Shown: positions 34,421 through 47,441, counted from the whole stretch's first letter. The stretch: DNA of 63,259 nucleotides, filler included, from Licmophora abbreviata (GCA_900291995.1; 43 parts of 43 records of this genome joined end to end with filler, not necessarily neighbours in it), one strand, 5' to 3'. The notes: generated by a model not told the origin, from the sequence alone. Made by a program: numbers and translations.

Positions 34421-35670
34421 CCATTTCCGGCGGTCCCGCTCGGGCTCGCGCGGGCGACCTCACCATGATGGCCAGCGGAAGCACGGCCAGTCTGAACGCG
34501 GCCATGCCGATACTGGACGCAATGGGGCGGCAAGGGGATGTGCATATTATTCAAGGTGGTGCAGGAATGGGAAGTACCGTCAAAATGGTGCATCAGTTAT
34601 TGGCGGGAGTGCATGTGAGCGTGGCGGCGGAGGCGCTGGCGCTTGCCGCCAAGGCGGGGCTGGATGTACGGCAACTGTACGAAATCGTCAATGGTGCGGC
34701 TGGTATGAGTTGGATGTTTCAAGATCGGGGGAAGAGAATGATTGCAGAAAGGAACGAAGATGATAGAGTCATGTCGGCATTGAATATATTTGTAAAGGAC
34801 TTGGATATTGTCTATGCGGAAGCGAAAGCGTTGCAATCGCCGATTCCGATTGCGAGTGCAGCATTGCAGCAATTCATCAGCGGACAGAGTATGGGACTGG
34901 GAAAGCATGATGATTCGCAAGTCGTGAAAGTATACGAAGCTATTAGCGGTGTACCTGTGGGGATCGGAAGCTCTCCCAAAAAGGAGGGCGACGAGGTTGG
35001 AGATCTCTGGATGTTTGACAATGGTGTCCAGGAGGAGATTCTCGAGGTGGGCGATGAACCAAGCCACAAACTTGTCATTAGCAATGAGTACACGCGAGTC
35101 CTACGTGTCTCGTTCCCCCCATATGGAGCGTCACTGGCTCATCGTCATGCCGAAGACAGTCTATATTTCTTTCTCGTGGAGGGTGGATTGGATGTTATCA
35201 ATCATGTCAAGGGGAGCGACCCTCAATGCGATTGCATGGACTTCGGCGAAGTACGGTATGGAACACACAAGACTGATGTGCCACTTGTACACAAAATTAC
35301 AAACCGATCCAATAAGCGAATGCTATGTATCGACGCGGAAGTGCTCAGCCAACCACCAGTTGTGGCTGCCATTCCCTTGATTGCAGAGAAGCACGAGCTC
35401 ATTAAGACCCGAGACAAATGTCGTGTCTATCGGCTTTCACTTCAACCAGGAGAGAGCGCAGAGAATGTTACCTATGCTTTCTTTTTCGCTCTCATTACTG
35501 TCCGATCGGGTACAATCAAGACTCAGATCGGAGGTGGTGGAGGAGTTGGAGTCAGCTGGGAAGAGACCCCGAACCTTGGCGACGTACTGTGGAAGGAGCC
35601 AGTGACGGGTCTCACGCTGACCAACGTTGGCTCGACGACGTATGAGGCATACATCGCCGAATGGTGCTAA
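34421..35670 (+). CDS. Beta-hydroxyacid dehydrogenase (L-threonate dehydrogenase-like) fused to C-terminal cupin-like domains, 5'-truncated
   Basis: ISGGPARARAGDLTMMASG, KMVHQLLAGVH, SWMF, IFVKDL; then NEYTRVLRV..HRH and RVYRLSLQPGES. Confidence 0.82.
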
Positions 35671-35883
35671 TATCGAGGACAACACAATAGTAGTAGGATC
35701 AATCAGTAGCTTCGTCATTCGTCATGTCCTCTTTGCACGAAGTGCCGCCCTTGTCGTACTATAGTATAACTGAGCCATCCCATNNNNNNNNNNNNNNNNN
35801 NNNNNNNNNNNNNNNNNNNNNNNNNNNTTAATTAATTAANNNNNNNNNNNNNNNNNNNNNNNNNNNNNNNNNNNNNNNNNNNN

Positions 35884-37244
35884 GAGATGGCGTGGAGTAT
35901 CCCGACTATCCCTATGCTCGGTTCGATATTCATCTCGATCCTGTCACGTACACTGACGAGGAGTACCGGCGATACTTGCATGACGACGTATGGACCAAGA
36001 GTGAGACGGACAAGCTGATAGAACTGGCGCGCTGTTTTGAGCTGCGGTGGGCTGTCGTTTACGATCGATGGTGTGATGGATCCTCGTTTTCAAAGAAACC
36101 GGATCGGGGCGTGGAAGACTTGCAGTATCGATACTACCACGTAGCGGCGATTCTCACCCAGTTGCGCGTAGCAAAGGAAGCGGCAACGGAAGCGGCGTCG
36201 CTCGCTGCCAACGCGCCAAAGACGGACCCATTGCGACAGGAAGACGCCAATGCAGTTGCGAATAATCATCTTATGGAAACTGCTGCGGCCCGTGCCCTTG
36301 CCACAACGGATCCGAAGCAGCAACCGCTTGTTGCCACCATTGGAACGGGGACAACCAACAAGAAGGTCTTCGATCTCACCAAAGAGCGAGAGAGACGCAA
36401 GCATTTAGAATTCATCTGGAAACGAACGAAGGAAGAAGAATTAGAGGAGGCACAGCTGCGAAAAGAGCTGCGTCTGCTAGACACGCAGATTCGGAAGCTC
36501 AAAAAGAGTGGGGGTCATATTTTGGCCGCCTCAGCCGGGACAGCAGCCCCTGGTGGCGTAGGCAGTCTAATGTCTAGTGCCGCATCGTCGGCGAACCCAT
36601 CGAGGTCGGTGTCGCCTGTTCCACCTGGTGCTGCGAATCTCTCATCCGATTCAGCTCTATTGGATGGGTGCTTTGCATCGACGGCGCCCACTCCCACGCC
36701 TGGCACGCCCTACCTTCAGTCAGGTCGTCGGGTCGCACCCGCAACTGGTGGACCAGTTGGGCTGAACAAGACAACATTGAAGCGTATGGAAAGTGTCCTT
36801 CATGAACTAAATGTTCCAGATCAACCAATTCCAACCAAGCGGGTCTGTGATTTGTACGATTCGGTTCGGAAGGATGCGCTGACTCTGCTCACTCTTCAGA
36901 AGATGACTTTGCAGCGCGAAGGCCAGCTGCAAGCCAAGAGATTGCGCTTGGCGAAGCTAGGAGGCGGCGGCCGCGTCGTGGACGAGGATACGCTTCTTGG
37001 GATCGCTCCTCCCGCTCCAGCGCCTGCACCGGCGGCTGCCACAGCCCGAGGCAAGGCAACATCCGGGGGTAAGAGCAAGGGGAGAGCTGCATCGGGCAAA
37101 AAAGCCGCTGCGTCGAAGGCAAAAAGCGATGCAGATAAGGCCGACACCGCGGTGACCAGTGCTGCTGCGGGCGGAAAACAAACACCGGGTGGCAAAGGGG
37201 CGCGCAAGGTGGCCACAAAACGAAAGAGGAAACAATCAGAAACT
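35884..37244 (+). CDS. DMAP1: DMAP1/Swc4 (NuA4/SWR1 subunit), partial
   Basis: YPYARF, YTDEEY, WTKSETD.L.EL..FELRWAVVYDR, EDLQYRYY, ERERRKHLE. Confidence 0.88.
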
Positions 37245-37344
37245 NNNNNNNNNNNNNNNNNNNNNNNNNNNNNNNNNNNNNNNNNNNNTTAATTAATTAA
37301 NNNNNNNNNNNNNNNNNNNNNNNNNNNNNNNNNNNNNNNNNNNN

Positions 37345-38703
37345 TACAGCTGACTCCTAGACATCATCTGCGACGTCAACCCGAAATATGTACCGTTCGT
37401 CACCATGGAGAACGGAAAGAAAATATTGTACGTGAGGCTACTCAAGGCACTGTATGGATGTGTGAAATCTGCATTGCTTTGGTATGACCTGTTCGTGAAC
37501 ACTCTCAAAGACAGGGGTTTCGTCATCAATCCCTACGACCCCTGCGTAGCCAACTGCATGATAAATGGAAAGCAGTGTACCATTGGATGGTACGTGGATG
37601 ATAACAAGATCTCACACGTGGACCCAGCGGTCGTCACGGAGATCATTGAATTGATCGAATCGAAATTCGGAAAGATGACGGTGACCCGCGGCCGTCAACA
37701 CACGTTCCTGGGTATGGACATCACCTTTAATGATGACGCGACCGTTACCATCACAATGAAAGACTACATTCGGGAGGCGATCGATGATTTCACCGAGGAC
37801 GTGAACCGAGCGGCAGCAACACCAGCAGGGAAGGATCTATTTGAGGTTGACGAAAACTCCAATATTTTGGACAAGGCAAGGAGCGAATTATTTCACAGCA
37901 TCGTGGCGAAGTTACTTTATGTATCCCAGAGAGGACGGAACGACATCTCGCCAACCATTGCTTTTCTATGCACGCGAGTGTCGCGTAGCACAACTCAGGA
38001 TTGGAAAAAATTGAAACGGCTCCTACAGTACCTTCACGGTACCATTGACCTTGCTTGCACCATTGGCGCAGACAACCTGACGAGTCTCATGACATGGGTT
38101 GACGCCTCTTACGCTGTCCACGAAGATATGAAAAGTCATACGGGCGGTGCTTTGTCCCTCGGACGCGGTGCGATCATGTGCAAATCGACGAAACAAAAAT
38201 TGAATACCAAAAGCTCGACCGAGGCCGAGATAGTGGGCGCGAGTGACTACCTCCCCAATACGATTTGGGCCCGGATGTTTATGCAAGCTCAGGGCTATGA
38301 GATCCACCGAAACGTTTTCGCCCAGGACAACCAGAGCGCCATGCGATTGGCATTGAACGGACGGGCATCTGCAGGCCAGAAATCTCGACACATCAACATC
38401 CGTCATTTCTTTATCACCGACCGGCTCAAGAGCGAAAAGTTAAGTATCGTGCATTGTCCAACTGAATCAATGCTTGCTGATTTCTTCACCAAGCCTTTGC
38501 AAGGACGGCTATTCCGGAAGTTCCGCAGTGTGATCCTTGGACATGAACCGATTAGTGTACTCTCATCTGAGTCATCCGACGACCGCAACTCTCCGCTCAA
38601 GCAGAACCTTAGTCCGTCTCATCGGTCTGAGGAGCGTGTTGGAAAGGTTCGATTCGACCTAGAACAGACCGGTGTCAACGGACAGACCAACCAGGAACAT
38701 AAG
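37345..38703 (+). mobile_element. Ty1/copia RT + RNase H, with PPT (38629-38636) and start of the 3' LTR (TGTTGG at 38637)
   Basis: KALYGCVKS, YVDD, VDASYA, SSTEAE, QDNQSA, ADFFTKPL; GAGGAGCG|TGTTGG. Confidence 0.93.
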
Positions 38704-38803
38704 NNNNNNNNNNNNNNNNNNNNNNNNNNNNNNNNNNNNNNNNNNNNTTAATTAATTAANNNNNNNNNNNNNNNNNNNNNNNNNNNNNNNNNNNNNNNNN
38801 NNN

Positions 38804-40162
38804 ATGGGATCGCCATCTCCGTTATCAACGCGGATGTAGTAACACCCGTTCTAGTGGAGGCTCGAGAGGCCGGATACCCGGTCGTGACGTTCGACAGTGA
38901 CTCGCTGGAGGCAGGGAGGGAGACCTACATCGGGACGGATAATTGGGCTATGGGACAGACACTCGCCAAGATCTTACAGACCCTGGAGCCCACGGGAGGT
39001 ATCTATGGTCTAGTGAGCGATACGGCGCCGAACTTGGCAGAGAGAGAGCGGGGCTTTCGTGAGTACATGGCGAACTATGAATGGGTCGAGACAGACCTGT
39101 CCCCTCTCTACACGGCGGATGACATTGGCATATCGCTGGACCGGATGGAAGAGTTTGCCGCGCTGCAGCCCGACCTCCAGGCCATCGTGCCGGTTGGTGG
39201 ATGGCCCATGTTTGACAGTAATCAGACGCGGTATCGCAACTTTGTCGACGCGAATCAGAATCTGACTCTCGTCGTCGCCGATACGCTGCCGGTGCAAGTC
39301 GATCTGCTCATGTCGGGATACGTTGACGGGCTGGTCGGACAGGTGCCACGAGAGATGGGCGTCGAAGCCATCAACTCGCTGTACAGTCTTGCGACTGGCC
39401 AACCGGTGAGCTCAACCATTACGCTGACGTTTTTGATGGAGATGGTGCGTGTCCCGTTGATTCTTCCTGATTTGAATGTCGATGAGAACTACATCGGTGG
39501 ACTACGTTTCATCGGAATGACGTTGTTTGGACTTGTTGCGGTAACGGCGCTGTTCTGCATCATCTGGACTTGGATGAAGCGTAAGATTCGCGTGGTGAGG
39601 GCTTCGCAGCCGCTGTTCCTCATCATGATGCCACGGGTGCGCTGATTCTCGGGTCGGCGCTGGTTCCTATCAGCTTTGACGATTCTGACCCTGCGATGCT
39701 GGAGGGGCGCGGCGACAAGCTTTGCATGTCGCTGCCGTGGCTAGCGTGCGTGGGTTTCGCCATTGCGTTCTCGGCGCTGTTTGCGAAGACGTGGCGTATC
39801 AACCGAATCTTCCACTCCCGCCGTGCGGCGCACGCTCGTATCACGGTCAAGGAACGGGACGTGATGATCCCGTTTGTCGCCATCGTGGGGGCCAACGTGG
39901 TGATCCTTGTGTGTTGGACGTTGATTGCGCCGCTGGAGTACGTTCGAGAAGCTCACGCAGGAACGGACGAATGGAACCGCGTCATCTCGTACTACGGTGC
40001 GTGTCGGTCGGAGAAGTCGTCGGCTCCGTACTTGGTGTCGTTGGCGGTGGTGGATATTGGTCTGCTGGCCATGTCTAACCTGCAAGCCTATCAGGCTCGG
40101 TCGATCCAGTCTGAGTTCGCCGAGTCTCGCTACATTGCGATCGTGATGATCAGCCTGTTGCA
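38804..40162 (+). CDS. Class C (GABA-B-like) GPCR with a periplasmic sugar-binding-type ectodomain; 1-nt frameshift near 39629
   Basis: GIAIS, PVVTFDSD, YIGTDN, ERERGF, LVGQ.P.EMG; then VVRASQPLFL, LFAKTWRINRIF, EFAESRYI (7tm_3). Confidence 0.87.
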
Positions 40163-40369
40163 NNNNNNNNNNNNNNNNNNNNNNNNNNNNNNNNNNNNNN
40201 NNNNNNTTAATTAATTAANNNNNNNNNNNNNNNNNNNNNNNNNNNNNNNNNNNNNNNNNNNNACTAGTCTGAGGTCGCCGCGCGAGCTCTCCCATTTTTC
40301 GAACTGTGATACAATCACAACAAAAAATAGCGCCATCACGAATAATAAACTACGCCGCGAGATGTGACT

Positions 40370-41623
40370 ATGGCGTCTTGGAATGGAAACCACAGCACCT
40401 CCTATGGCTCAACGGAGCAGCGAGGTGTAATTCTATCTGAGATAGGATCTAGTTTGGATGCCAGATCCGAAGAACGACGAAAAAATCCCCGTTGGACGCG
40501 TTCCATGGTTGCCGTATCTCTGGCCTTCTTTTTCACAGCCAGTGGTGTCATGGTACTGTCGTTTCATCAGGCTAAAACTGGATTTCGGTTCTCCAACAAT
40601 CCGCAGTTTGAGTACTATGACTATATAGTAGTCGGGGGAGGACCCTCGGGGATTATAGCAGCTACCCAGCTGGCTCGCCGCTTGCATAAACATGATCGAA
40701 CTGCACTGTCGAAGGTACTCTTGATCGAGTCGGGCACGACTAGTCAATCGAATGTGTTGCAAAATCTCCGTCCGGAGACGTCAGTCAAGGCTGTCAAGAC
40801 TAATAATATTGGGGTGCTGTTATGGGATGAGGGAAACTTTCAGCTGAACAAGTACGACGTTCCGCTTTTGTGGTCTGGGATTGCAGGCTCGAAGCGGGGT
40901 CCATCGCATGACGCGGCAACTGATGAAGATGCCACACACCATCAAGAAATATGGTCGTCGGAGCACTGGTCCATTCGAAAGACACTAATGGCCAAGGGAC
41001 TAGGCGGATCGGGACTTCATAATGCCATGATTCATGTACGATCGCTTCCGTCGGACTTTGTCAGCTGGAACGTGACTGGATGGACATGGGACACTATCTT
41101 GCCGTACTATCGCGCTCTGGAGCAGTACGTGGATATGAGGTGGAGACGACCACGGTTTTGGCAGAATAGTACTTCGAACCTCACGTATCGTGGCTTGAAA
41201 GGACCAATAGTGACTGCACCGTCGGGACCGACTATCGATGCTGTGGCTCCCTTGTTTGTCGAGGCCATGCTAGCGAGCGGATGTCCTCTGGCTGCACAGG
41301 GCTTCAACGAACCTACGGCAAAGACCCGAGTGGGAGCTGGGTATTATGAATTTAACATTCGGCAGGGTGTGCGAGATTCGGTAGCCGAAGCGATGCTGGG
41401 ACGGGTATCGGTGCCCCACAATTTGGTTGTAAAGACGGGCGCCACGGTGCTGCGAGTTCTGATGGACGATGTCAGTTCTCGGAAGGAGCCTCGAGCAACG
41501 GGTATCGAGTACTATCAACTGGATCAAGGTGAGACGTATCGTGCCATGTTGACCGAATACGGGGAAGTTATTATGGCTGCCGGTGCCATCATGACACCTC
41601 AACTACTCGTAAACTCGGGGATT
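40370..41623 (+). CDS. GMC oxidoreductase with N-terminal membrane anchor, 3'-truncated
   Basis: YDYIVVGGGPSG, VLLIESG, KGLGGSGLHNAMI, EVIMAAGAIMTPQLL.NSGI. Confidence 0.92.
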
Positions 41624-41723
41624 NNNNNNNNNNNNNNNNNNNNNNNNNNNNNNNNNNNNNNNNNNNNTTAATTAATTAANNNNNNNNNNNNNNNNNNNNN
41701 NNNNNNNNNNNNNNNNNNNNNNN

Positions 41724-42795
41724 CCCTCTTGATATCGTCCATGTTGACAAGTAGCCTCAGGGCTGTTCCTTCGGTTCTCTTCCAAACTGCAACTCGTAGC
41801 CGTCTTGGACACTGTAATACTTCATGCTCAAAAACAAACTTGGATTTTACCAACTTCTGCCACTCATCCACAACGGACGGTGGGTTCGGTCCGAGGTACA
41901 GGCCTTTAGAGAAGGGCTCCTGGTACACTTCTTTTCCGCATATCACAATATCGCCCGGGTTTAGACCTGGTGCGCCATGAGGATTTACTGCAGATCCGTT
42001 GAAAGGTGTGTAAGGCAGGTACATGCTAGCTTGATCTCTCCGGCCTGCTAAAAGGCCGCGAGAAACAGCATGTTCCCAAAATAGATCGCCCACCGTATCT
42101 GCCCACTCCCAGTGAGGGAGCATACACTGGTGATACAAGAGCAGATCAAAATGCAGTGATGAGTTGGAATAGAACCGATTTGAAGCAACAAAGAGCTTCC
42201 CGTGCCCCATCAGGAAGTGCACGGGGTTCACACTCCACTTTGCATGCCGATTGCAATTCATAACAAAGACTTTGTCAGAAAAATAAACATTTTTGAGAGT
42301 GCGATATGTTTCATAAGGAACCAGCCGCGGTTTTCTTTGGACAATCAATGAGCCAAGTCTGTCATCGAGTGAGTTCCAGTCAAAAGAAGATTGATTTGTT
42401 TCAGGTTCAGGATCTTCAAAGACGATCATGCCATCATGTTGCGAGAAACAGACATTCGAGAAGTTGCAAAACCCGTGATCTGTGCAGCCATGGAAGCTGG
42501 GAGCTGGAAACTGGTCCGCTCCAAGCGCCACTGAATGCTTCGTCAGGTAAGGCGAGTGCAACGGGTCCATCAGCGCTTCGACATCGTTGGTCTGCTCCTT
42601 GAACATGAACGAGGGAGGCTCCTCTTTGTCGTGAAATTCATGCGGCAACAACCAGTGACGATGGGCAAGGACAATAAGCAGTCCTGATACCACCACGACG
42701 ACAGCAAAAGCAAGCAGTGCGCCAACCCCGCGACCACGCGGAGTTCTCTTTGAAAACCCGCTTCTAAGCAATAAAAGATTCGTTCTTTCAGTCAT
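41724..42795 (-). CDS. Type II membrane protein, probable GT61-like glycosyltransferase N-terminal part
   Basis: TM anchor, CNFSNVC, NPVHF, R..VWKR...RLLVN. Confidence 0.55.
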
Positions 42796-44635
42796 GCCGC
42801 GGTAAATTCATTCAGCCCGTGACGGACACTCAGCGCTGTGCTTAGAACAGCAATCCGTTAAAATGATGATGCTGTACCTCCATGGTGAACGTCACAATTC
42901 ACTTCCTCGCGCTGGTTCCATATATCCGGGTTTCTGATACAACTTCAGCGAGAACCCACGCAGCGAGATCTTGGTATGATACAAAATGTATGAAATACGA
43001 GTACCACAGGTACGCGCCTCCCAAAATCTCGAAAAAGATCGCCGAAACGAAACCGAAATCCGATCACCCCAAAAATTCGATNNNNNNNNNNNNNNNNNNN
43101 NNNNNNNNNNNNNNNNNNNNNNNNNTTAATTAATTAANNNNNNNNNNNNNNNNNNNNNNNNNNNNNNNNNNNNNNNNNNNNCTATCATCCGGCCATTTGC
43201 TTCTCCCTCTCTCACTGCCTGAGTGTTGTTCTTTGTCTCGAGACGGACTCTCTGTGCTTACGACACCCCCGTCCCGTCCAAAGATCGGGAGTCAGGGCTC
43301 TACTAGCACTGTCTTCTTCCTCTTCAGGAATTGGCCGGGTTAGAAAATGTGGCACATCGACGCTCGTTCCGTGTTCACCGGCAGCAAGAAATACAAGTGC
43401 AATCGACAAGAATCATCCCCTGTTGCAGGAACTCTCTCTATCTCTTATGTCCCCGTGGGATCGCAACGTGTGAGTTGCCTTGGCTGTAGCTTGCATCAAA
43501 AATGCTGCTACGGTCATGACCAGACTTCTTCTCGCGAATTTAGTTTGGAATGGTTTGATTGATTCCTGGAGGCAGGGGTAGGAAGAAGCATATCATCTGG
43601 AGCGAGACGTCTGCTGCGAATGGCATGAAGCTCTCGTGAAGGACTGGTCGATACATGATACATCGTCATCGAGGCATCGCTCGGTTAGCATTTGGTTTGC
43701 TCTGTCGTTGGTGGTGGCTTGAGCAGTAGCAGTGACGAGTGTACGGACGCACGCAACAGAGGAGGCCAACACAATATACAATGCTGCCTTCATGATTTCT
43801 TCCTGGCTTGCTGTAGTCGTTGGAGACGACCAGCTTGTTGCATGGCAGAGTGCCCTTGAAAAGCGGAATATAACTTAGGCGCCAATATCAAATATTGATG
43901 AATAGTAGGAGGATCTGGTTAGCTTCCGGGCATGATTATTCGCCTAGGTCAACTAGTGGCGTGCCTGTCCCAATCATGGTCTTGAGACTATTCTCCTTAT
44001 TCGCTAGCTAGAACTATCAATCTAATCCTCTGCCTTTTCATTCAGGCTGGCTTTTACATTGAAGGGCAAGAAGTAGGAGATACTCCTTGAGCCAACCCAT
44101 TGTATGATGTGCGTCGTCTGGTGCTCTGTTCTTTGCCTCACCACCATGGATGTGGGAAACCACCACGACCAGCAGCCAGGCTGTTGACGTGGGAGTTCTG
44201 GAACTCATGACTACTAAAAACGATCATAACCAGAAAGACACCACTAAAACGAGAGGGTATGAATGACTAACTGGCAGTGTTGCAAAGTGTATCATGCCAT
44301 GCAATGGGATTGAATGAAGGATCTGCTACCGAACCTGTATTCGGCGTGATTTTGTGTTTTCGACTTAGCCATTTTTTCTTCTTTTTTGCGCGAGCGCAGG
44401 TGCGAACTCTCATTACACGCTGCTTGTTGAGCTTTGGAACCTCGTGACAGTAGGAAAGTCTACATAATTTCTACATACGCAAAATACGTTGATTCCTACT
44501 GAGTGCGCGCCGGCACGAACGTACATCTAATCCTANNNNNNNNNNNNNNNNNNNNNNNNNNNNNNNNNNNNNNNNNNNNTTAATTAATTAANNNNNNNNN
44601 NNNNNNNNNNNNNNNNNNNNNNNNNNNNNNNNNNN

Positions 44636-45301
44636 CAGAATGACAATTTCGTCTCGACGGCCATTCGTGCCATTGCGTTTGATCTATACTACCCCACATG
44701 GGACGGGACTCTTCATAACATTGGGCATGTGGTGGATCAACAACAGAAAGAAGTGGAAAGCGAGGAGATAGCTACCAGTGCTAAGGAGGCCGGCTCTTCT
44801 TCAACCACCGCGAGTAGTAGTAGTACTACTACGAAAGCAGCTCCGCTGTGGGTCATGCAGGCGCGTGAGGCCTTTCAAACGACAGATCAGGTGCATCTGA
44901 CCCTGTGGATTCGAAAACTGTGGCACACTTTTACGCACCTCATATACCAAGCTGTTCGAGGAGGAGGCTCCTTACAGGTGCCATCCACCGGTGTCGTGCA
45001 CGTCAAGGCCGCGGGCTCGACAAAGTTGACTCTGAGCATGATTTGTGACAACATCTTGAACGCATTTACCATGGCCATGGAAGGGAAAGAGTGTCTTATG
45101 CATCGACTCACGCCAGGGTGGGTTGACTTGCATGAAGAAGCAGAACGGATGCGACAGCACGTCATGATGAGCATGGACAAGTCAAAAGACGGCCTCTTGC
45201 TGCCGCCAGACGAAAAGAGAGGTCGTGTTGGAGAGGAACGGACAACTCAAACTGAGGGGAGACCTTCCATTGAGCAGCCACCAGCCTTGCTGTTGGCATA
45301 G
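44636..45301 (+). CDS. Hypothetical protein, C-terminal part
   Basis: Frame is open from the contig edge for 221 codons; no motif recognised. Confidence 0.5.
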   Translation, partial: QNDNFVSTAIRAIAFDLYYPTWDGTLHNIGHVVDQQQKEVESEEIATSAKEAGSSSTTASSSSTTTKAAPLWVMQAREAFQTTDQVHLTLWIRKLWHTFTHLIYQAVRGGGSLQVPSTGVVHVKAAGSTKLTLSMICDNILNAFTMAMEGKECLMHRLTPGWVDLHEEAERMRQHVMMSMDKSKDGLLLPPDEKRGRVGEERTTQTEGRPSIEQPPALLLA

Positions 45302-45567
45302 CTATTGAACTATTAAAAACAACTGTAAGACTACGTACAACTTTCTTGAGATCCTTCTTGTGTAAGCTTGCACTTTAGCATCTATTCTCCTGGTGTGCCA
45401 GGTGCCGGTAATTTGTTTGGTCCAAGCCAACGGATGGAGGTCCGAAGCGCTACACTGCCAAGCGGTTCGTTATGCCCAGACGAAGGCTCATTCTACTGGA
45501 AAAGTAGTATGCAAGTAGTAGTTTAGTAACATCTAGTAGTCAACACATGAGCCAACTCTTCCACTGC

Positions 45568-45987
45568 CTATCGTTGTCGCTTTAGATATCGAGTAAACTC
45601 GGCATACGCCGAATCCAGGTCATGGTAAAGCTGTCGCGCATCGTCTTCGTCAATCATGTCCACAGCTCGTAAGGCATTGAGCTTCTGCAACCACTTTTTC
45701 ACCTTGCGATTGGGTTCAAAATCATTTGGCGTTTCCGGCAAGCGAGTCAATGCATCCATGAGGTCGCTCAATAGTGGGTGCAGCTCATCAACGGCACGTT
45801 GCTCCAGTTTGACGGCATCCATGGTAGTAATGAAATGCTGGACTGTCTCGGCAACAGTCACTGCAACATGATTGTCGCCATCGGAATTGCCCTTGATGGG
45901 TTCCGGGACTCCCATCGTCAACAATCGATGGGACGCGCGAGGGCAGTCCATCTGATATCGTTGCATGAAGCTTCTGAGAGCCATAAA
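45568..45987 (-). CDS. VPS28: ESCRT-I subunit Vps28, C-terminal part
   Basis: DCPRA..RL..GVP, AETVQHFITTMDAVKL, DELHPLLSDL, RQL..DLDSAY. Confidence 0.93.
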   Translation of the reverse strand, partial: FMALRSFMQRYQMDCPRASHRLLTMGVPEPIKGNSDGDNHVAVTVAETVQHFITTMDAVKLEQRAVDELHPLLSDLMDALTRLPETPNDFEPNRKVKKWLQKLNALRAVDMIDEDDARQLYHDLDSAYAEFTRYLKRQR

Positions 45988-46087
45988 NNNNNNNNNNNNN
46001 NNNNNNNNNNNNNNNNNNNNNNNNNNNNNNNTTAATTAATTAANNNNNNNNNNNNNNNNNNNNNNNNNNNNNNNNNNNNNNNNNNNN

Positions 46088-47441
46088 GCCAACAATTGTA
46101 AACTTGGCCTCTGAGAGATCGACAAAGCCCTCTCCGTGCATCGCCTCCCTCATTGCCAGCATATCCTCAACCTTTTCCTTCTTCAGCTCCGGCTCACGAC
46201 TGAACGGGCGCAATCGATCGAAGACGGCTTGTGGCTCATTACTGTGGATGTGCAGCTTCACCATGTTTCCGCCCTCCTTTGCGGGGAGCACACACGCAGG
46301 CCACTGAGTCACCGAGCCCCTCCTCGTCAGAGTTTGCCACCGCGTCAAGAACGGTCTGCTTGTCGGCTCCGTCTGCGAGGAGTACCACGGCCTCCGTGCA
46401 GTATCGATACTTCGTATCCGTCACGGTATGGTCCACGTCGACAGTCGCTTCTTCCTCGACGGCGACCCGTGCGGTCTTGAACAAAGACGGGTCCGACGCC
46501 TCGGGGAGTTGTCCTCGGGAGGCCAGCATCATTCCGTCGACAAGGTACACAAAACCCTGAGCTCCAGAGTCGACTACGCCAGCCTCTTCCAGCACCTTGC
46601 GACCGTTGACAACAAGCTGATCAGGAGTCTTGGCGAGTTCCAAGTTCGCTCTCTTGGCCCAGGCCTCGAGAAGGTCGTTAAGGCATGCGAACGGACCATC
46701 ATCCTGCAGACCTACGCAAGCATCTCGACTGACCGACAGAAGAGTCCCCTCCACCGGGTTCGGGACTGCATCGTTCATCTTTTCTCCAGTTCGAACAAGA
46801 CAACCTACGAACTCGTCGACCGTCAAACTATGCTTTCCTACCGCCTTGACCTCCTCGGCGAGTGAAACAAACAAATGGCTGAGAATAGTACCTGAGTTTC
46901 CCTGTCCGTTGAGCAACACGTCCGCCGCCAGGTTGGAGGCCACTGTCAGAGCCGACTCGGAAGGGTCTAGAAGCAGGTTGCGCGTCGGAAGCTTGAGGCA
47001 GACTTTCATGTTGGCCCCGGTGTCGCCGTCGGCAATGGGGAAGACATTAATCTTGTTGAGCTCGTCAATCTTGGTACTCATCTTGGCGTAGCCCGATAGA
47101 AAGAGCTGCGTCAAGACCCACCCGTCGACGACAGTAATTTCCTCAGTCAAGTCGGCAAGGCGAGGGATACTCTTGAGCGTCGCGGGCTTGTTAATGCTCT
47201 GTCGTTTCACGATGTAGTCGTCCAGGATTCTTCCGTCGTGAGAGGTCAGGCCTGCCTCGGCCGTCTGCTCTTGGAACCATGCCAGCGACGAGCGGCTCAC
47301 CCGTCGGCCAGTGTCAACTACCGAGGACTGGCTGAGAGAGGAACTGAGGGCAACGCTCGACCTGTCAAGCTTGAATTTGGAAAGACTCTCAATGAGAAGC
47401 TCGTCGAGCTCTTCGTCGTCGGAAGAGTCATCGTCAGCGTC
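46088..47441 (-). CDS. DAK2-domain fatty-acid-kinase (FakA-like) protein with acidic N-terminal extension; 1-nt frameshift near 46285
   Basis: INVFPIADGDTGANM, GNSGTILS, PVEGTLLSV, VVDSGAQG, YCTE, KLHIHSNEP. Confidence 0.88.

Noticed and set aside
43182..44535. Signal-peptide-like ORF 43593-43793 and neighbouring short ORFs
   Set aside because: Short, with no recognisable domain and no convincing splice or frameshift rescue.
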